Assembly (NCBI GenBank): GCA_051532035.1
Contig: JAOPTW010000034.1
Location: forward strand, 1-64,000
DNA length: 64,000 bases
Origin: Fibrobacterales bacterium
GTDB taxonomy: Bacteria; Fibrobacterota; Fibrobacteria; Fibrobacterales; JAOPTW01
Direction: 5' to 3'
Under the pieces are notes generated by a model. The model had not been told where the DNA came from, searched no databases, and saw only the letters and a list, made by a program, of their open reading frames with translations. The first letter of the stretch is position 1. Every line of letters begins with the position of its first letter. A program made the translations under genes and the position numbers. Of this stretch, positions 19,797 through 29,334 are shown piece after piece.

Positions 19797-21098
19797 ATGG
19801 TACACCTTACTTCTAAGATTTCTGATGAACGGAATAGTTTGATTAATACCTTTCTTATTGCTGCGTCTTTTTTTGCTACCATACTCGTTGCTATATCACT
19901 ATTACGACTCTTTGATCAAGGGTGGAGTAATATTCTCTATGTTCACCTAGCTGGGTTATTGGGTGTATGGCTCATTACTCTATTCAGAAATAAAATTTCT
20001 CTTTCCATCAAACTTTCCTTCCTCATCCTACTTACCTACAGCCTCGGGTGTATCGGACTCTATTTTTACGGAATAGTTTCTGATGCTGAAACACTCTTTT
20101 TCCTCTCATTTATTCTCGCTGCATCATTTAATAAAGCAAAATATGGCGTTATTCTTCTGATTACCATGATAATCATCTACACCGGGGTGGGGCTCCTCTA
20201 TAGCCAAGGGGTATTGGTCTATTCTTATGATATTCAAACCTATCAGGAGTCTAGTTACTCATGGCTTTTGCATATATCAGCTTTTGCTATCTATGGTGGA
20301 TTTGCACTCATGATAATCCAAGTCATGAACAAAGTAATATTTAATAATCTCAAGGATATTGAAAAGCAGCGAAGTGAATTAGAAACTCTCAATGCATCAA
20401 AAGACAAAGTACATAGAGTTATTGCCCACGACCTCAAGCGCCCTTTCAATAATTTACTCGGGATTATGCAACTGATGTCGAGTGGTAAAAGCTCTATGAC
20501 CGAGGAACGGAAGGCTAAAATTTTTGACAAACTCTACCGTGACTCCAAAGGCGTCTATGACCTTCTCGAAAACCTATTGATCTGGGCAGAATCCGAAACA
20601 GGGCAAGCACAAGCTCAAAAGAGCGAAATTGGAGTACACCTTCTGGTTACCCACGCAATAGTCCCCTATTTAAGCCTCGCTGATCAAAAAGGGGTTCGCA
20701 TATTAAAGCACCTAACCGACACGATCACTGTCTATTCAGACATCCCTGTCCTCAAAATTGTACTCAGTAACTTACTCAATAACGCCCTAAAATTTACTCC
20801 AAAGGATGGCACTATTACACTATCCTGTCAGCAATGCACCGATCATGTTGAAATTAAATTTACAGATACGGGCGTCGGCATAAATAAGGATATAATAGAA
20901 CGGATTTTTGATCCATTTGATACGATCACCCAACCAGGGACAGATAACGAAAAGGGATCCGGGCTTGGTCTGGGTGTCTGTAAAGACCTTCTCGATAGAA
21001 TTGGATGTTCTATCAGAGTGTCCAGTATTGAAGGCAAGGGGAGTACCTTTGCGGTCATTATTCCTCACTCTAGACCTTCTATGGAACAATCTATTTAA
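19797..21098 (+). CDS. Membrane sensor histidine kinase (multi-TM)
   Basis: About six TM helices; H-box 'IAHDLKRP', N-box 'NLLNNALKF', 'DTGVG', 'GSGLGL'. Confidence 0.95.
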   Translation: MVHLTSKISDERNSLINTFLIAASFFATILVAISLLRLFDQGWSNILYVHLAGLLGVWLITLFRNKISLSIKLSFLILLTYSLGCIGLYFYGIVSDAETLFFLSFILAASFNKAKYGVILLITMIIIYTGVGLLYSQGVLVYSYDIQTYQESSYSWLLHISAFAIYGGFALMIIQVMNKVIFNNLKDIEKQRSELETLNASKDKVHRVIAHDLKRPFNNLLGIMQLMSSGKSSMTEERKAKIFDKLYRDSKGVYDLLENLLIWAESETGQAQAQKSEIGVHLLVTHAIVPYLSLADQKGVRILKHLTDTITVYSDIPVLKIVLSNLLNNALKFTPKDGTITLSCQQCTDHVEIKFTDTGVGINKDIIERIFDPFDTITQPGTDNEKGSGLGLGVCKDLLDRIGCSIRVSSIEGKGSTFAVIIPHSRPSMEQSI

Positions 21099-21108
21099 AT
21101 GTCGGTAC

Positions 21109-21139
21109 AAAAAAAGCCACCGGGGTTACCGACAGCCTT
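21109..21139 (-). terminator. Rho-independent terminator after the fibro-slime gene 21186..23288
   Basis: Minus strand AAGGCUGUCGG-UAACC-CCGGUGGCUU-UUUUU pairs fully when G-U is allowed. Confidence 0.75.
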
Positions 21140-21185
21140 AAAAATCCAATAAGTAAACAGTTCAGCGCCCTAAGGCTCAAGAGCA

Positions 21186-23288
21186 TCAATACCCGCTAAT
21201 ACCCGCTGTAAGACACGGTATATTAATCATAATATCTACTTGTGATCCTGTTTTTCTACGCTCAGCAATAAAGAAGTCAAACTTAACGATATCACCTGTT
21301 TTAATAGAGTCATTACGGTTAACCGAGAGGTTATTTATATATGTTACCGCACCTTTAAGGTTAAATTGTCCTGTGACGGGCATATGTACCCCACCGATAT
21401 CAAGTATCAGGTGATCGTTGAGAAATACAAATACATCATCATCACCAGAAAATTTAAAATCTTGCTTTTCAGCTCCCTCTTCTACATAATAAAATTCCCG
21501 ACTCATATGACCGGCAAATCCATAATTTCGTGATGCTACTGAAACAGCGCATGTTTTTCCTGAAATGAGCGTATCAGCGATAACATCCATTTCACTTCCG
21601 CCATCTATACAACCATCGAGTGGAAAGAAGCCTTCCCCTGCTGTTCTATATGAGTAGACATTGTCTCCTGTGTGTGTAAAAGAGAGCTCTACATTTTTTG
21701 CTGCTCCTGTTTTACTCCACCAGGTCTCAATTGCTGTGTTAGTACATACATTTTTTGCATAGACTGGGAGACCGTCACTTGAAAGAGTACCCTTAACCAT
21801 CCCTGTAGATGCTTCGTGTACTGGCCTTATCACTCCATCTTCATCAACAATACCAGGGCATTTCATTGATTGCGCATCCGTCACCGCAAATTCAGCACCA
21901 GCTTTATCATACACTACAATTTCAAAAACAATTGTTTCTGGAGGCTCATACCCTTGCGGAAAGCACGTAAATGGAGGTGAGCCACATACAGGGAGTAATT
22001 GACACTCATCATCCTCACAATCCATAAAGCCATCGAGGTCATTATCTATACCATCATAACAGGATTTGCTATTGTTCTCTGCACAAAATGAGTACTGTTG
22101 ACACTTCCTATCATCACAGTCTTTATCACCATTATCATCATTGTCAATACCATCTTGACATTGAGTAATAGTTTCTTCGCGAGAGTCACAAATTATGAGA
22201 TCCGCACACCCTTCGTCACCACAATCTATAAAGCCATTGTTATCATTGTCTTCACCATCAGAGCATAACGCTTCTGTATTTTCATACGGCTGACACACGG
22301 CAAAGGTCTCACAAGTCTGAAGAGTATCACAACCCAAAGCATCAGTACAATTAACTGTAATGTCTTCACAATCAACCAATCCATCACCATCATTATCAAG
22401 ACCATCTCCACATTGTGCTGCTGTATTTTCTAATGGTTCTTGACACCAACTATAATCTTTACAGAACTCTTTATCATCACAATCAACACTTCCATCTTCA
22501 TCGTTATCAATTCCATCAGCGCATTGTTGCGCAGTATTTTCTAATGGCTCCTGACACCAGCTGAAATTTTGACAGAACTGACTATCATCACAGTCAATAA
22601 GTCCATCTTGATCGTTATCATAGCCATCATTACACTGTACTCCAGTATTTTCTAATGGATCCTGACACACGATAAATGATTTACATGGTTGATCTTCACA
22701 ATCAACAAGATCATCATCGTCATTATCAACACCATCCGTACATTCTCTTAATGAGTTCTCAGCAGGATCGTCGCAAAACTGAAATATTTTACATGATTCA
22801 TCCAAACAATCAATTTTTCCATCACCATCATTATCAACAGAATCGTTACAGAATAAAGCAGTATTTTCTGATGGGATGTGACAAAAAATTAAAGCACCAC
22901 ACCCCGGGTCATAGCAATCAATAAGTCCATTAGAATCATTATCGATACCATCCTGACATTCCCCAGGACTATTCTCTTGCATCAAGTACGCCGCCTCTGA
23001 GGGACTCAATTCTTCGTCTGAAGAAGAAGAAATACGTACTGTCCCATCCGGGAGTTGCCCATCATTACTTTCTGCTCCCTGTGCTGATGAGCCATCGGCA
23101 CCATCACCGGTGCATATATCAAAACCTAAGCAGTCCTGATCCAAGCAATCAACATGGCCATCACCATCATTATCCTGTGTATCATTACAGAGCTGAGCTG
23201 TATTTTCATGTGCCTGTTGATTTGGTGTCGTTTCTAAAAAACAACTTGTTACTACAAAGAATGCTATCAATAGGGGTAGATGTCGCAT
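21186..23288 (-). CDS. Fibro-slime (PA14-like) domain lipoprotein with 10 Cys/Asp-rich repeats
   Basis: Lipobox 'VTSC'; repeat ENxxxxCxDGxDNDxDGxxDCxDxxC...C; C-terminal 'FFPLD', 'NYGFA', 'FKFSGDDDVFVFLN..LILDIGGVH', 'FDFFIAERR'. Confidence 0.9.
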   Translation of the reverse strand: MRHLPLLIAFFVVTSCFLETTPNQQAHENTAQLCNDTQDNDGDGHVDCLDQDCLGFDICTGDGADGSSAQGAESNDGQLPDGTVRISSSSDEELSPSEAAYLMQENSPGECQDGIDNDSNGLIDCYDPGCGALIFCHIPSENTALFCNDSVDNDGDGKIDCLDESCKIFQFCDDPAENSLRECTDGVDNDDDDLVDCEDQPCKSFIVCQDPLENTGVQCNDGYDNDQDGLIDCDDSQFCQNFSWCQEPLENTAQQCADGIDNDEDGSVDCDDKEFCKDYSWCQEPLENTAAQCGDGLDNDGDGLVDCEDITVNCTDALGCDTLQTCETFAVCQPYENTEALCSDGEDNDNNGFIDCGDEGCADLIICDSREETITQCQDGIDNDDNGDKDCDDRKCQQYSFCAENNSKSCYDGIDNDLDGFMDCEDDECQLLPVCGSPPFTCFPQGYEPPETIVFEIVVYDKAGAEFAVTDAQSMKCPGIVDEDGVIRPVHEASTGMVKGTLSSDGLPVYAKNVCTNTAIETWWSKTGAAKNVELSFTHTGDNVYSYRTAGEGFFPLDGCIDGGSEMDVIADTLISGKTCAVSVASRNYGFAGHMSREFYYVEEGAEKQDFKFSGDDDVFVFLNDHLILDIGGVHMPVTGQFNLKGAVTYINNLSVNRNDSIKTGDIVKFDFFIAERRKTGSQVDIMINIPCLTAGISGY
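21984..23207 (-). repeat. Ten copies of an approximately 35-aa Cys/Asp-rich putative Ca-binding repeat (coding)
   Basis: Counted from the translation; the first unit is separated from the other nine by a linker. Confidence 0.9.
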
Positions 23289-23371
23289 ATTCTCTCCAAT
23301 TAAAAATAAGATATAGGTAAAATACTATTTATGACTTGTTTAGTATAGGTTTGTCGGGAAAGTGATGCCCT

Positions 23372-23415
23372 AAAACATAAAAGGCCACCAGAATTCTGGT
23401 GGCCTTTTATGTTTT
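23372..23415. terminator. Perfect 44-bp palindrome; intrinsic terminator between the two fibro-slime genes
   Basis: AAAACATAAAAGGCCACCAGAATTCTGGTGGCCTTTTATGTTTT equals its own reverse complement. Confidence 0.85.
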
Positions 23416-23429
23416 TATAATTCAGCAGC

Positions 23430-25301
23430 TTAAGGGTCTACCGTTGTGGTATCGCGTGCACCGATACCTGCTGTTAAACACGGTATATTTATTGTAATAT
23501 CAGCCTGAGAACCAGTTCTTCTACGTTCAGCGATAAAGAAGTCAAACTTAGCAATATCGCCCGTTTGAAGAGAATCATCACGGGTTGTTGAAAGGCTATT
23601 AATATATTTAACCGCATTCTCAAGATTAAACTCTCCTTTAACCGGCTTATGCACACCACCAATATCAAGAATAAGTCGATCATTCAAGAATACAAACACA
23701 TCATCATCACCAGAAAATTTGAAGTTTTGTTCGTCTGCACCAGCAGCAACATAATAGAATTCTCTACTCAGATGTCCTGCAAATCCATAATTTCGTGATG
23801 CTTCAGCAACTGCACAGGTTTTACCTGTTATCAGTGTATCTGCAAGTATGTCTTCTTCACTCCCTCCATCTACACAACCATCAAGTGGGAAAAACCCTTC
23901 AATTGCAGTTCTAAATGAGTACACGTTGTCTCCTGTGTGCGTAAAAGAGAGTTCTACATTTTTTGCAGTCCCTGTTTTACTCCACCATGTGCCAATCGAA
24001 GAGTTAGTACATACATTTTTAGCGTACACTGGGAGCCCGTCGTTTGAAAGAGTTGTGCGTACCATACCGAGCGAAGCGGTGTGAACCAATCTTTCAACAT
24101 CATCTTCATCAACAATGCCGGGACACTTAGCTGCCTGAGCATCAGTCACCGCAAAATCCCCACCTGTTTTATCATACACTACAATTTCAAAAGGAATGGT
24201 CTCAGGAGGCTCATACCCTTCCGGAAGGCAACTAAATGCAGTAAGTCCACACACTGGGAACACTAAACACTCATCATCCAAACAGTCTACCAAGCCATCA
24301 CCATCATTATCTAACTTATCACTACACGATTTACTATTATTCTCTGCGCAAAATGAATACTGTTGACACTGCCTATCATCACAATCCATATCACCATTAT
24401 CATCATTATCAATACCATCTTGACACTGAGACATAGTCACTTCGCGGGAATCACAAATCAAAAGATCCGCACACCCTTCATCACCACAATCTATATAGCC
24501 ATTAAGATCATTATCTTTACCATCAGAACAGAGTGTTTCTGTATTTTCATACACCTGACACACAGCAAAGGTCGCACAGGTCTGAAGAGTATCACAATCC
24601 AAAGCATCAGTACAATCAACGGTAATGTCCTCACAATCAATCAAGTCGTCGCCATCATTATCAATACCATCTGCACACTGTGCCGCGGTGTTTTCTAATG
24701 GCTCTTGACACCAAACATAATCTTTACAGAACTCTTTATCATCACAGTCCACCAAACCATCCTTATCATTATCTTGACCATCGTTACACTGTACTCCAGT
24801 ATTTTCTAATTGCTCTTGACACACGATAAAGTATTTACATGGTTGATCATCACAATCAACAAGATCGTCATCATCATTATCAACGCCATCGGTACACTCT
24901 CTTAATGAGTTCTCTTCAGGGTCTTCACAGAACTGAAAAGTCTTACAGGATTCATCGATACAGTCTATTTTACCATCGTCATCATTATCGATTTCATCTT
25001 TACAGAGAAGAGCAGTATTCTCTTGTCCATCTTTACAAAAATCCATAGCGCCACAACCAGGGTCGTAACAATCAACAAGTCCATTAAAGTCATTATCGAT
25101 TCCATCTTTACAATCGGGTTCGCTATTTTCATTTACTTCTAAGCAGCGTACATCAGAATCATCCATTGCACAATTAATAGGATTAAAAATTTCTGGATCT
25201 TCATCTTGCGCTACCTCAATATCATCTTTAAAGTCTGCCCAACACCCAAAAAATAAAAGGGTTATAAGAGCCCCCAGGGTAATTAGTTTAATATGTTGCA
25301 T
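23430..25301 (-). CDS. Fibro-slime (PA14-like) domain lipoprotein with 8 Cys/Asp-rich repeats; tandem paralog of 21186..23288
   Basis: GGAGG RBS, lipobox 'FFGC', same repeat and the same 'SGDDDVFVFLN...LDIGGVH...FFIAERR' domain. Confidence 0.9.
   Translation of the reverse strand: MQHIKLITLGALITLLFFGCWADFKDDIEVAQDEDPEIFNPINCAMDDSDVRCLEVNENSEPDCKDGIDNDFNGLVDCYDPGCGAMDFCKDGQENTALLCKDEIDNDDDGKIDCIDESCKTFQFCEDPEENSLRECTDGVDNDDDDLVDCDDQPCKYFIVCQEQLENTGVQCNDGQDNDKDGLVDCDDKEFCKDYVWCQEPLENTAAQCADGIDNDGDDLIDCEDITVDCTDALDCDTLQTCATFAVCQVYENTETLCSDGKDNDLNGYIDCGDEGCADLLICDSREVTMSQCQDGIDNDDNGDMDCDDRQCQQYSFCAENNSKSCSDKLDNDGDGLVDCLDDECLVFPVCGLTAFSCLPEGYEPPETIPFEIVVYDKTGGDFAVTDAQAAKCPGIVDEDDVERLVHTASLGMVRTTLSNDGLPVYAKNVCTNSSIGTWWSKTGTAKNVELSFTHTGDNVYSFRTAIEGFFPLDGCVDGGSEEDILADTLITGKTCAVAEASRNYGFAGHLSREFYYVAAGADEQNFKFSGDDDVFVFLNDRLILDIGGVHKPVKGEFNLENAVKYINSLSTTRDDSLQTGDIAKFDFFIAERRRTGSQADITINIPCLTAGIGARDTTTVDP
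24249..25130 (-). repeat. Eight tandem copies of the Cys/Asp-rich repeat (coding)
   Basis: Counted from the translation. Confidence 0.9.
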
Positions 25302-25346
25302 GTTCCCTCCTGATATTCCTTGGTATAATTCCTTGGAATATATGCA

Positions 25347-25377
25347 ATTGTAGTGTGTGTGTGTCTATTACAGTCAT
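25347..25377 (-). promoter_or_regulatory. Putative sigma70-type promoter with (AC)6 in its spacer
   Basis: Minus strand ATGACT-gtaatag(AC)6-TACAAT, 45 bp upstream of ATG 25301. Confidence 0.35.
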
Positions 25378-25575
25378 ATTTGATACTGCCCTTCGTGGTC
25401 CCGGTCGTTGAATAGTGCTTAAAAATAAAAACCACTACTTAACAACGGGCATGTCCCAAATATGCCAATCCTCAAATAATATAGATAAGAGAATCCCCAA
25501 TTCACAACACTTTTTATGTTACTTCGGGTAAATCACACAATATTTACGAAAGCAATAAAACAGGGCTCTCACGCC

Positions 25576-27210
25576 TTAAATGACCTTTTCCTCATCGGGA
25601 ATATTACGGTATTCAAGGTTTGACTGATTACTTGACTCAGTATCAGGTAAGCGTTTTTGTATTTCTATAAATTCGCTCAAGTTTTTGAGGAAAATTTCTG
25701 CAATTTTTGGGTCAAAATGGGCACCTTTTTGTGAATTAATGTAACTCACTATTTTTTCCATGCCCCAAGCGGGTTTATAACACCGCTCATAGGAGAGCGC
25801 ATCAAAAACATCGACAATGGTGGTTATTCTTGAATACATATGAATTTCTTCGCCCTTAAGGCCATTGGGATACCCACTTCCATCGAATTTTTCTTGGTGT
25901 TGGTGGGCAATCATCGCTGCAACCTTAAATATCTCTCGCTTGGAATTATTCAACATATCAAAACCAATTTGCGCGTGAGTCTTAACAACCTCAAACTCCT
26001 CAGTAGTCAATGAATCAGGTTTATGAAGAATGGCCTCCGGTATAGCAAGTTTACCTATATCGTGCATCGGCGTTGCTAATTTAAGCATCTCGACCTCTGC
26101 CTCGGAGAGCCCCATCTTTTGAGCAAGGAGCGCCGCATAAGAGGAAACTCGTTTCACGTGGTTACTCGTTTCATGAGATCGAGATTCTGCGATTTCGCTC
26201 ATGGTATAAAAAATCTCTTTTTGAGTATCAACATACTCCATATTTTGATAAATATTCTCAAAAGCGACGCTCAAATTTGCACAAAAAACATCGATCAACA
26301 TTTTATCTTTAGTCTCAAGTTTATTCCAGCCTTTGAGGTAGATAATATTTTGAGCCCCATTAGATGTTTTAAAATATCCTAAATAAAAGGAATCATTGTA
26401 GATCGATTTCATCTGCTCTACGGCACTATTGATATTTTTCTCAACACTTTTCGAGATAACCTCACTCACTTCCATCCCTTCGGAACCAGAATATTTTCCT
26501 GTAGAAGCAAGTACGACAAAATCATCAGCACAGCTATTTTCATCATGGTGAGGGGCTTGACAATAGAGAGCGTCATGCTCCAGATTAAGGAGTGAAACCA
26601 ACTGTTCAAGGACAATTGAGGCAAATTTTTGCATTGATTGCGGCTTAAAGAGTGAAGACGAGGTGAGAAGCAGTTTTTCAAGACCTCGTTTATACGTATC
26701 GATAGTGGCAATATCCCGATACGATCGTAACGCTGCAAAAAGTGACGTCATTAATTTCTGAGAGGTCAACTCCTCTTTCGATCGATAGTCATTAATATCA
26801 TAATTTTGGATAACCTGACTTTCTGGTGCAACTCCCGGTTGCCCTGTCCTCAATATAATACGAACGGTCTGATTCTCGAGCTCATCTCGAATATACTTTA
26901 CAAGCTCCAGGCCACTGTCATTGCTTTCCATTACGACATCGAGATAGAGAACCGCGATATCATTGTGTTTAACGAGGATTTTTTTGGCTTCTTCGGCGCT
27001 CAATGCGCTCAAAAACTCTAGGGGCCGCCCCTCAAAAACAAAATCTTTTAAAACAATTTTTGTGACATCATGAATACCCTCATCATCATCAGCAATCATG
27101 ATTTTCCAAGGAGGGCCTGTATAAGAAGGGGCATTCTGTAGGACGTCATTCTTTGATAGGCCGATAGAATCGTCAGGAAAAAGAGGGTCACTACTATTAA
27201 ATGTTGTCAT
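25576..27210 (-). CDS. Response regulator with DUF3369-like domain and HD-GYP phosphodiesterase domain
   Basis: REC 'IADDD...LDVVME...ILRTGQPG'; 'HVKRV', 'MHDIGK', 'HQEKFDGSGYP', 'VDVFDAL', 'HFDP'. Confidence 0.93.
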   Translation of the reverse strand: MTTFNSSDPLFPDDSIGLSKNDVLQNAPSYTGPPWKIMIADDDEGIHDVTKIVLKDFVFEGRPLEFLSALSAEEAKKILVKHNDIAVLYLDVVMESNDSGLELVKYIRDELENQTVRIILRTGQPGVAPESQVIQNYDINDYRSKEELTSQKLMTSLFAALRSYRDIATIDTYKRGLEKLLLTSSSLFKPQSMQKFASIVLEQLVSLLNLEHDALYCQAPHHDENSCADDFVVLASTGKYSGSEGMEVSEVISKSVEKNINSAVEQMKSIYNDSFYLGYFKTSNGAQNIIYLKGWNKLETKDKMLIDVFCANLSVAFENIYQNMEYVDTQKEIFYTMSEIAESRSHETSNHVKRVSSYAALLAQKMGLSEAEVEMLKLATPMHDIGKLAIPEAILHKPDSLTTEEFEVVKTHAQIGFDMLNNSKREIFKVAAMIAHQHQEKFDGSGYPNGLKGEEIHMYSRITTIVDVFDALSYERCYKPAWGMEKIVSYINSQKGAHFDPKIAEIFLKNLSEFIEIQKRLPDTESSNQSNLEYRNIPDEEKVI

Positions 27211-27306
27211 AGTTATTACCAAATATCACGTGAGTACTCAAATCATAAAAAGCGCGTAAAAGCTGAGCCTCACCTTATTTAAAGATACACCCATTATCCA
27301 ATAATT

Positions 27307-29298
27307 TTAAGAAATTGTCACGCCCTGTGTAGCGATAGGCACTTTTATTATAAAGCTGACCCCATCATTGGGCAAACTCAGTAAACGGATGGTACCCATC
27401 AATTTGTGGGTCACAATATTATATATTAAGTGCATCCCCAGCCCTGTCCCCCCTTTGCCTCTACTTGTCGTAAAAAACGGATCAAAAATACGCCCCATAT
27501 TCTCTGCCGGAATCCCTATACCATTATCTTGATAGGTAAACTCAATGTTTTCCATACCCTGAACAACCGTGATATTAATTTTTCCATGCTCATCATTCTC
27601 TGGGTATCCATGTACGACCGAGTTCATAATCAGATTGGTCAACACCTGTGATATTTCTCCGGGATACGAGTGCATCATTATGTTGTCAGGACACTTTACC
27701 GTCATAGCAATATGAGTCTGTTTTAACTGAGGTTTTAAACTCAGGAGGGTATCTTCAATATACCCTTTTACATTAAACTCCCGTTTTTCATCACGAGTTT
27801 GATCAACCGCTACTTTCTTAAAACTTTTAATAAGGCCCGATGCTCGCTTCATATTAGAAAGAATCATCCGAGTTGATTCACTCGCTGTTTTTATATACTC
27901 TTCAAAAGTACCACGCGTAAGGCCATTTTTTTCAAACACCCCTAGAGTTGTGTTGGTACGTTCTTCTAGGAATGACGCTGCAGTAACCGCTATCCCAATA
28001 GGGGTATTTATCTCATGGGCGACCCCTGCCACTAAACTCCCCAGAGCTGCCATTTTTTCGGACTGTACGAGCTGCTCCTGAGTTTGATTCAAATTCTGAA
28101 GCGACTCACCCAACTCTTTATTGAGTTTAATAAGCTCCATAGTGCGGTGCTCTACTCTCATTTCAAGCTCTTCATTGAGACGATATATCTGCTTCTCTGC
28201 TTTAATACGGGCGGTAATATTTATCACCTGTACGACAAAGTATTGTGGATAGTCTTCGGCATCTTTGTGGAGTAAATAACTGAAGATTACATGAACCGTA
28301 GAGCCATCCTTTTTTACAAACTGTTTCTCCACCCTTTTTTTCAAACCAGAATCAACAATCATTGATTTGAGCTCCTGTACCACACCCTCACGGAGATCAG
28401 AAGGATACATATCTGCCAGCTCCCGATGCTGGAGCTCAGTAGGACTATATCCCAGCATTTCACAGAGCTCACTATTAACCTGTAAAAATTCCCCCGAGAT
28501 CCCAATAAGCGCCATACCAATTGAAGCATGCTCAAATGCACCTCTAAAACGTTCTTCACTAAACCTGAGTGCTATTTCTGCCTCATCCCGCTCCCACTCT
28601 TTCATCTGAATATGCTGGACCATCTCATTAAATCGCTGGTGCAGTTCCTTAATCTCACTGCTCCCGCCACTATCTACTCGTATTGAGTAATCACCTGATT
28701 CCGCAATAGTATGAGACACTTGCGCAAGATGATTTATAGGGCCAGTTATAACATTTTGAATCATCACAATAAAAATATAAGACAACAGCATCAGGGCGCT
28801 AAAAAGAGCCACCCCCATAATGATACTCTCCCAGATACGCGACTGGAGCTTTTCGGCTGAGAAACCAAAATAGCAATGAAGCCCAGGAAATTCACCCACC
28901 CGGTGATCTCGCTGAATAAGTAACTCACTTTTAACAAAGAGATACTCATGTACCCCCAATAGTTTCACAATGCGTTTTTCTTCTTCAGAACTATAACGAT
29001 GTTCAAACAGCAGTGCTGTATCTTCACTCCGACACAGTGCTATTTCAATATTTGGTAATTTTTCAACTATCAGGCCGGACAACTCTGATGAAACACTCCC
29101 GTTATGTTGATATTCATTAAAGATGCGGTTCTCAACCTGCTCAATGCGCAATAGATTTTGAGCAACAAGCCCCTCTTTTAATTGACCAATAGCGTTTACC
29201 GTGTGGACACTAAAACTGACAAAGGTGGCAAAGAAGGTTATAACCAAAACAAGAATGACCAACTGCTGTTTCAACGTCAATGAATTCAGAAACTTCAT
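27307..29298 (-). CDS. Sensor histidine kinase (2 TM, HAMP, PAS, HisKA, HATPase)
   Basis: HAMP 'ITGPINHL...EIKEL...FNEM'; PAS 'FEHASIGMAL'; 'VAGVAHEINTP', 'NLIMNS', 'FDPFFTT..GKGGTGLG'. Confidence 0.95.
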   Translation of the reverse strand: MKFLNSLTLKQQLVILVLVITFFATFVSFSVHTVNAIGQLKEGLVAQNLLRIEQVENRIFNEYQHNGSVSSELSGLIVEKLPNIEIALCRSEDTALLFEHRYSSEEEKRIVKLLGVHEYLFVKSELLIQRDHRVGEFPGLHCYFGFSAEKLQSRIWESIIMGVALFSALMLLSYIFIVMIQNVITGPINHLAQVSHTIAESGDYSIRVDSGGSSEIKELHQRFNEMVQHIQMKEWERDEAEIALRFSEERFRGAFEHASIGMALIGISGEFLQVNSELCEMLGYSPTELQHRELADMYPSDLREGVVQELKSMIVDSGLKKRVEKQFVKKDGSTVHVIFSYLLHKDAEDYPQYFVVQVINITARIKAEKQIYRLNEELEMRVEHRTMELIKLNKELGESLQNLNQTQEQLVQSEKMAALGSLVAGVAHEINTPIGIAVTAASFLEERTNTTLGVFEKNGLTRGTFEEYIKTASESTRMILSNMKRASGLIKSFKKVAVDQTRDEKREFNVKGYIEDTLLSLKPQLKQTHIAMTVKCPDNIMMHSYPGEISQVLTNLIMNSVVHGYPENDEHGKINITVVQGMENIEFTYQDNGIGIPAENMGRIFDPFFTTSRGKGGTGLGMHLIYNIVTHKLMGTIRLLSLPNDGVSFIIKVPIATQGVTIS

Positions 29299-29334
29299 GG
29301 AGAGTACTTCCTTTGACAGTAGGTAGTATTACAC

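Noticed and set aside
21100..21140. c-di-GMP-I riboswitch-like string (AAAGCCACCGG...GGTTACCGA)
   Set aside because: It lacks the first stem and GNRA loop, lies between convergent gene ends, and is explained by a minus-strand terminator.
21984..25130. Periodic DNA repeats as a possible CRISPR array
   Set aside because: Units are about 105 bp, degenerate, in frame and encode protein repeats. There is no constant repeat/unique spacer structure and no cas genes.
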